From: Rhodosorus marinus CCMP1338
Taxonomy: Eukaryota > Plantae > Rhodophyta
DNA length: 64,000 nt
Reading direction: 5' to 3'
NCBI GenBank assembly: GCA_029953675.1
Contig: JAMWBK010000008.1
Location: forward strand, 1,550,001-1,614,000
Below the pieces are notes generated by a model, which made no database searches, was not told the DNA's origin, and saw nothing but the letters and a program-made list of their open reading frames with translations. Within the stretch, counting starts at the first letter, position 1. Each line of letters starts with the position of its first letter. Positions 56,810 through 64,000 of the stretch are shown here, piece after piece. A program made the translations under genes and the position numbers.

Positions 56810-59333
56810 TCACAGGCAACAGGCAGAAGTTTCGAAGTAGGACCGTGTAAAGAAGAAGGTAATTTGTTGCGGGAGCGTAGAAATCCAGTAAAGAATGATA
56901 GGACACGACTCCAGACTCGTCCACCACTCAGACCTTCGGAGAGACGGTATCACCCCCAGTCTCATGAACCGCGAAGCAATTCCCGAAAAAGCTGAGATCC
57001 TGTCAAACTTTCACCCCGCTGTCCTGAACCGAGCTGGAGAATGATTTCAAAACCCCGAATATGCGCGCTAAGCACAGGTCTACAGGGACCTAATCAGACA
57101 AGGCAGCTCGCTAGGAGTGACCGCCAGGGAAGCATCGTGGTAGTCTTTGCTGGTGCCAAAGCCAGAGAGCTGGTATTCTTGCCACACATGGTCCACAAAC
57201 TGCCCCTGGCAGAGCTGCATTGTGATGGTTGACAGCGCTCAGTTCAGAGTGTGGGAGAGGGGAAGGTGAAGCCGGAACTCACCCTCCCGAAACCCTGCTC
57301 CAGAGCCGTAGTTCACCTGCAAAACCAAAGTACGAATTCTAGCGTTGTACTTGCGCCGATCAATATTTTCAATCAAACGAGCCGGAATCGCCGTATTCAT
57401 TCATTTATCTTGCCGATTTCATAAATACCTCTGTTTTCGTATCAAAGCGAGGTTTCCAGAGAGCAAACACCACGATTCTGAAACGGAATCCAGGGTACAA
57501 GTCGAAACGAAGTATGGACAGATCGGTTTTAATCGGAGGCAAAGGTCCACGAGTGAGGTACGCTCGTGATGGACGCGCAGACCTCGCCTCCAGAACTGAG
57601 GCAGTGTTCCAGCGTCAGAGATATCAGAGATATCAGACCTCAAAAGAAGCAATGAGTCGAAGCATCATTACGATCGCGGTAAAACACCCCAGCCCTATCC
57701 CGGAAATGCAAAGGCCTCTATCACTACAGGGGATATACCGATGAAAAAGATGCCGACTGCAAAATTCCACAGCGTTGGCGAAGCCACCCAAACAGTATAC
57801 AGCTCTATCTCTTCCTCTAGGGCATTGGTTTCTCGTCCGCTTGACGTCTATTGCTCGATCAAGGGCTCCACACACCTTGAAGAAGATTTTCGCCATGAGT
57901 TCAGTCAATATTGACCAGCGTTTGACTGATAATCAATCAATATAGAAACCGAAGAAGAAAACCTTTGGCAACGGGATTTTCGACAATTTCTTTTCCAGCG
58001 TTTTGGGGGGTTGTGGAGGCCTTTTTCTTTTTGGAGAGACCGGTGAATACAATCCAAAATATTTTCAAAACCATAGGACGATCTTGCGTCTGTTTCCACC
58101 CTTTTGCACTATTTCGATTTCACAGCAAGAGACTATATCAGACAGGCTATAAACTGTATATGAAGTTTGTTTGATTTATATTACATATATGATAATACGG
58201 TATAAATAGTCCTTATGAAATTGGGGGGGGTTTCCAAACCAAAAAAAAAGCCAAAAAAGCCAAAAAAAAGCACGCAGCAAAAGAGGACGAAAGACCCTCT
58301 TCTGGCACCTGCGTCTTCTGTCTGACCACTTGCCTTCCGTTTGGCACCAAAAACCAGAAAAAAATCTCCAACCGATATTCTGCGGAAAATTAATTGTATT
58401 TAAACTGTCTTATTTCACCTCTAGTTCTACTTTTTGGAGATCTTGGCCCAGGGAAAGCGATATATTCTCTTCCCTTATGAGCCCCCTGTGAATAAAATTT
58501 CAAAAGTGGTCTTTTCTATTGGAGACTCGTCGGAGAATGTAACCAATCCAATACAAACAGCTTGATCTTCCCTTGTTACAATCTAAATTCTTATCAAAAC
58601 ATTTCCTTACTGACTACGTTTTCCGGGCCCTCCCTCCCCCAAGACAGCCTATGCTACCAACCCCCATACGAAGAAACGATAATTTAACGCAAATATTCTG
58701 GAATAAAATAATAATAACGTATTAACAATAATATTACCGTATATCTTATCAGGAAGCTTTTTTCCAACCAAACTCTTTTTTCTCGTCCCTTTTTTTTCTT
58801 CCGGAATCCACCGACTCGTCTGTCCCAAATTAATATATACATCCAACCTTACCCAAACCCACTGACATAGCAATATAACTACAAAAATATACTATATTTC
58901 AAATATATAGATCAAAATCAAAACCTTAAATATTCCAATTCCGCACTAACACGACCTTTTCAGCTCGAGCTTTGTCCTTATAAACAAACTTTTTAGTCAA
59001 TAACATGACATAGATTAATCTTCATATGTAGACTGTTTTTTTGGATACCAACCTTCTTTTGTGTACTAGTTCCATTTTGCGTGTTGAATTGTGGAACTTG
59101 TCTCTTTCCCAAACCAAGTCGGGAGGCTGGAAACACCTCCCCCCCTTAAGAGCGGTGGGGGGGTTACCATGGAGTAGTGGGGTGATGGGGAGGGAAGGAG
59201 TTGGACGGAGGTCTGTGAGTATTTCTTTTAGGGGTGTGGGGGGGGGGGGGGACTGAATTGATAATAGTCAATAGTTCCTAGAAAGGGAGGAGTCGTGGTA
59301 TGCTTTTCAGTGGGTTTTTGGGAGTGGGTGGGA

Positions 59334-60245
59334 ATGATGTGTATACAAGAGATGAGTGAGAGTTCTGGGAGGAATACTGGGAGTGAGGAAGGGGCGACGA
59401 GTGCGAAGCGTGCGAAGAAGGAGGTTGGTGTGTTGGAGGAGGAGGAGGGAGGGGGTGGTGGGGGGGAGGCTAATGCGTCGGCGACTTCGAAGAAGGAGCA
59501 CCAGCGACGGCACACGCAGAACTCGCGGGCCAAGCTGAACTCCAAGTTTGATGAGCTTCTGGCGCTGATACAGCCGCTTTACAATGTTGATAGGAGGCAT
59601 ACGCCTCACCGCTCTGAGGTCCTGGACTATGCGATACATGCCTACAACGACCTGACGGAGAGGAAGATTTTCCTCGAGACGGAGATCGCTTTGAGCTCAG
59701 AGAAGAGCCTGAATACTTACCTCAAGTCCTTCGTCGAGTCTAACATGGATATCACCAGCGTGCTGGAGTTTTACGTGTCCATGATATGCGCGAAGAAGCA
59801 ATGGCGGTACGGTGAGGTATGGAGACCGAACGGGTCTTCAGGGTTATTGACGCTCACAGGCTCTGCAATTCATCGGACGGTCATGGGGGAGGAACTGGAA
59901 CGAGTGAGGAGGTTCCTCGCTGAAAGCCGGTCCCTGGAGATTCGACCTCCCGAGGACCTCATCGGCCGCGTCTTTGTAACGCAGAGAACGGAGTGGATGA
60001 ACGATCTCGAGGACGCAGAGGTGTTCGTGCGAGCACAATCTGCAAAGAACGCCAGCCTGAAATCCGTCTTCGCGTTGCCTATCTGCGATCGAAACAACAA
60101 CATTCTGGCTGTCACAACCTTCTTCTCTCAGGAGGTCAGAGAATATGACTCAACAACGGTCAGCCTGTCTTCTGAACTTGGCGAATCCGTCGTTCATGCC
60201 TTTGATGAGATCCTCGCGAGCAAACAAGGCCAAGCTTCGACATGA
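59334..60245 (+). CDS. bHLH(-zipper) transcription factor with C-terminal GAF-like domain
   Basis: RAKLNSKFDELLALI...RSEVLDYAIHAYNDL (HLH), then WRYGEVWRP...LIGRVFVTQRTEWMNDL...FVRAQSAKNASLKSVFALPI...ILAVTTFFS (GAF pattern resembling that of NIN-like proteins). Confidence 0.75.
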   Translation: MMCIQEMSESSGRNTGSEEGATSAKRAKKEVGVLEEEEGGGGGGEANASATSKKEHQRRHTQNSRAKLNSKFDELLALIQPLYNVDRRHTPHRSEVLDYAIHAYNDLTERKIFLETEIALSSEKSLNTYLKSFVESNMDITSVLEFYVSMICAKKQWRYGEVWRPNGSSGLLTLTGSAIHRTVMGEELERVRRFLAESRSLEIRPPEDLIGRVFVTQRTEWMNDLEDAEVFVRAQSAKNASLKSVFALPICDRNNNILAVTTFFSQEVREYDSTTVSLSSELGESVVHAFDEILASKQGQAST

Positions 60246-60975
60246 TGGTCAACACCGCTTGTCGTTTGAGACCTTTCCGTCTCTGACTGAAACCCGAAAA
60301 AGGGGGGAAAACAAGAACAGAATTGGGTGGGTGGGTGGGAGGGAGGGAAGGAGAGAGAGAAGAGGAGAAACCAACTGAAGAACGAAATTTTGCAGAAAGA
60401 GAGACACAAAAACTGCGCTTAATGCGTCAACAAACCCCAACTTTAGAAGAAAAAACTAGACTAGATTCAATTCAATCCCGAACTCTTCGCGCGGGCGGTC
60501 AGGCTTGTTGAATTGAGAGGCGGAAGTGTGAGGCCCACGGTGAGCCGTTTAGATGCACAAACGGCTGCTACTTCATCCAGCTGAGCCCCTCGACCAGAGC
60601 GCGGCGGGATGAAAATTTTTAATGCTATCAACTTTCTTTGTCAGGGCTTCTATGGAGCTTTCATTTCCACGTAGTAAAAGGGTAACGCTTGTATTGGAGC
60701 TGTATCCATCTGTCAGTGGCGGTGTACAATTGGCAACTACCACCGTTTGTGACCTGGGCGCGGCTAGGGAAGCCTTGTTCGTTCTCTGGCGCCATGAACC
60801 AACTACCTCCTTGTCGACGTAGTGACTCTAGGACGTAGTCACGTCACGGTAGAGAAATTGCGGAGATAGACGAAACGCTCCACTGCCATGAAGGCTTTCC
60901 TAGCTAGAGAACCGTGACGAAAGCGTGCGAATATTCTCATCCTATTGCTACCAATAGCAGTTTTTTTGTTGGATC

Positions 60976-61138
60976 TTCGCTCATCTCGGTGGTCAAGCAT
61001 ATTTTCAGTGGATTCAGGATCCGACCGTCCCTGCGACCAGACCAAGACAGGCGCTGGAGAGGAGCTAATGCAGTCTTGCGATTCGCTCATCTCGGTGGTC
61101 AATCATATTTGCAGTGGATTCAGGATCCGAACGTCCCT
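60976..61138. repeat. 57-bp direct repeat, period 106 bp, 3 mismatches
   Basis: ttcgctcatctcggtggtcaa(g/t)catattt(t/g)cagtggattcaggatccga(c/a)cgtccct at 60976 and 61082. Confidence 0.9.
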
Positions 61139-61764
61139 CAGGGAGTTCAGTTCTCTAGAGACATTTGCTATAGAAGCGATGAGAGAACAACAGGGGATAC
61201 CAGGCATCATGAAAACCAGTTCCCCTATCCAGTGCAGGCCAGTCCGAGCAAGGGCTCCAAAGGGTTCAGCAGCTCAAGGGGATCCAGAAGACTAGCCGAG
61301 AACGGGCAAAAGCTTCCTTACCAAATTTGCCTAGAGACAGGTTGTCCTTTTGTGAATTCCAGATTATCGACGTGATAATCCTAAATCTTGATTTTTATCT
61401 AAATATTGTACCTAAATATGCTCTAATTACAATAAAACAATTTCCCAACACAGAATTAGCTGTTTCAGCCAATCAACATCGAGCCAATTACTACGAAGCG
61501 ATACAATTGGTCAAAATTATGATAGTAGTGAGTAATCTGGATCGCTCGATGCCCAGAAGTAGCCAAAAGTCGTTGGGAGAAGTTCGACAGCTGCCAACGA
61601 AGGGATTCAATGCTGTTCAAAAGCCCACTCAGTGCTTCGAGGCAATGAACTCTTCCCAATAACGGCCTCGTGAGCTGAACTGAGAGGACGCTGGCTTTGA
61701 ACAGTGCCACCTGAAAACGCTTCACGGGTACGCCCAGCAAGAAGTCTCCCGAGGTTTGGAGGGT

Positions 61765-62815
61765 TTACTTCAGCTCCTCCACGCGCACACTGTGCTTGAG
61801 GGTGTTCCACAGTCGAACGATCGGCCTTGCGACGATGTTTTGCATCTTCAGAGGTCCCCAGAAACGGGAGTCGACGCTTCTTCCAGGATTATCGCCCAGC
61901 ACGAATACCTCGTCGTCGGAGAGTTTCATGTGCTGCTCAGCAAACGCTCGAGTTCCCTCCGCGCCGTCAGAAGTAGCCCTGCTCCCAACTCTGTTTCCGT
62001 TGATCTCGACCGATCCTCGAGCATCAATGTGGACCAGGTCACCAGGGCAACCAACTATTCGCTTGACAAAGAGGTCGCGGGTGCGCAGCTCTGTATTTCC
62101 CACTCGGCGTACGTACTCACGAAGCTCTTCGGGAGGACTGAAGAACACGATGTCATCCCTTCGACACCCTACGTTTCCAATTCTGCTGCTCAGATACTGA
62201 ACAAGGACCGCATCGCCACGATTCAGGGTCGGAACCATGCTCTCGCTGGGCACATACGCAATCGAGAACACGTTGCGAAGCACGAACGCCGCGATAACCA
62301 CACACAACGACAGCTGAACATAGGACGCGCTCGTGATCAAAATATCGTCCCAAAAGCTTACTATACATCCTTCCTTTATGCTCACCACTACCGGCCAATT
62401 CCGCTCAAATCTGACAAAAAAAGAGAGGAAGAGCTTCAGGACAACTTCTTCCTCAAATAAAAGCCAAGTAGAGAAGTCCCTACCTGGGTAGAATTCGGGT
62501 AGCCGGTCGAAGGTGGAGGAAAACGTTCGCCGGATCAGTCCCCTCAGGTACTAACGAAAGCTTCGTCATCGATCCCTCAGCCTCTTCAACCTGAATCGCC
62601 TCCACCTGATAGCTCACATGCCTATAAATACCCTTCCGGAATAACTCTCCGCTGGTCTGTAAATGTCTCGGACACACCACATCACCCACCTTGAGCTGTC
62701 TGTTCTCAGCCGCTCTACTCGCCAGCACATCAAGAAGACAACATGCTCCTTTTGTCCTTCGCCTCTCCTTCGTTAGTACAAAACCTCCAACGAAGCACAA
62801 TCTAAACTCGTCCAT
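61765..62815 (-). CDS. Type I signal peptidase (S26A), thylakoid-processing-peptidase-like, with long N-terminal extension (2 exons)
   Basis: Exons 62815-62484 and 62410-61765 (73-nt GT-AG intron). Catalytic boxes VPSESMVPTL (Ser), DIVFF, FVKRIVGCPGD (Lys), FVLGDNPGRSVDSRFWGP. Confidence 0.9.
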
Positions 62816-63596
62816 ACCAGGACAGGATGTGCCAGGCTTTTCCACCAGCGGCTCCCCTTGCCCTTATCAGTTGTTGACGACACCCCCACAAAACTATCAA
62901 CCAATCTGATCACTTCTCGGCGAAGAAAAATGAGCTCCGTTTGCTCACAGGACACAACTTCAGGAAAATCACGTCGTCCTCACCTTCCCCTGCCCGACAA
63001 CCTGTGAGGAAAGATGGACCCCCGTGTTGCTGTTCTCCTTCCCCAACGAGGAAGACGGAAACTCAGTTCACATCAACGACAAGGCGCGAAGAATCGGGTC
63101 GAGGCAATGAAGGACTCCCTCCGTTTCCGGATGAGGCGGTAAAGACAGACCCGCTCTCTTGATTGCATATGCAAACGGGCCGGCTGGTGCCGGGAACCGG
63201 TAACCAGGAAGCGGACGGGTTGACGGTTTCCGATTTCGTGCGGACGTCCGCTCTACGGCAAAGCGTTTCTCTTGGTTTCCTTTAGGTTGCCCAGCCCTTT
63301 TCTTTATTTATCTGAAGCAGCTTCCTTTCCTTATCGACCGCTTGATTGGCACCGCGCTCCGCGCTGGCTTGAGGATCATACCGGGCTCTTCCGTATTGAC
63401 GGTCCAGTGGGGTCTGGTTTTTTCCTCGTCACGCGCGGAGGAGGAGGAGCAAGTGCTGGAAAGAGCGACCAAAACCCGGGAGTTGGTTCCGATCTAAAAA
63501 TCTAAAAATAAACTATTCACAAAGCGAGAAAACCGGCTTCATATGACTCTCACTGGTTGGGGAAATAATTTCATCGAGTAACGACTTTCGACAATA

Positions 63597-64000
63597 TCAC
63601 CTCACTTCCTCATCATCGTCGTCTTCTCCATCGGCCTTGGGCAATTGTCTCTTCAACTCTGTACAGTTCAAGTCCACTCCGTTCTCCTTGCTCCGGTACT
63701 CCGACGAGGTCCGAGCAATCTCAAGTAGCTCTGAGATGGACGACATTGGACGTATGGTTCCGTTCCATTCCGATTCAGAGGTCAGGTTCAGGTCTTCGCT
63801 GAGCTTGGCCTTCAACCTAGCCACACGTTCTCTTCTCATTAGACTTCGTTCGTCCTCGTTGAAGCATCTGTCGTACAGCTGTGGGTCCATCTCGCTCAGC
63901 AGTCTCTGGACGTGACAGGACAATAGGACAACCTGCTGGTTCCAGTGCCTCCGCTCGTTGTCCCTGAGCGCTGGAATGATCGCGGGCATCGCAACCTCAC
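63597..64000 (-). CDS. PP2A regulatory subunit B' (B56), 3' end; starts beyond the window
   Basis: AIIPALRDNERRHWNQQVVLLSCHVQRLLSEMDPQLYDRC matches the B56 C-terminal consensus I.PAL....+.HWN..V..L..NV...F.EMD..LF..C. Confidence 0.85.
   Translation of the reverse strand, partial: EVAMPAIIPALRDNERRHWNQQVVLLSCHVQRLLSEMDPQLYDRCFNEDERSLMRRERVARLKAKLSEDLNLTSESEWNGTIRPMSSISELLEIARTSSEYRSKENGVDLNCTELKRQLPKADGEDDDDEEVR

Overview
Gene-dense eukaryotic nuclear DNA with short GT-AG introns (about 70-150 nt) and several plastid-directed genes. It is most consistent with a compact-genome alga, probably a red alga (inference only). Recognisable genes in order: WDR26-like LisH/CTLH protein (5' part), PAP/fibrillin, phosphatidate cytidylyltransferase, TPR+J-domain+TM protein, NTF2-RRM (G3BP-like), PEX11, a signal-peptide/TM-bearing phytochelatin-synthase-like protein, an aprataxin homologue with a broken HIT motif, class-B DnaJ, SHAQKYF MYB, three intact ABCG half-transporters plus one deletion pseudogene, a ~1290-aa PPR protein, a bHLH-GAF factor, plastid-type signal peptidase I and the 3' end of a PP2A B' subunit. 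The 29.8-48.7 kb region is a tandem duplication of a two-gene ABCG cassette, with different retroelement remnants (copia, CRE-like non-LTR, possibly gypsy) in each copy. No rRNA, tRNA or CRISPR array was seen. All gene models were built by eye; no database searches were run.
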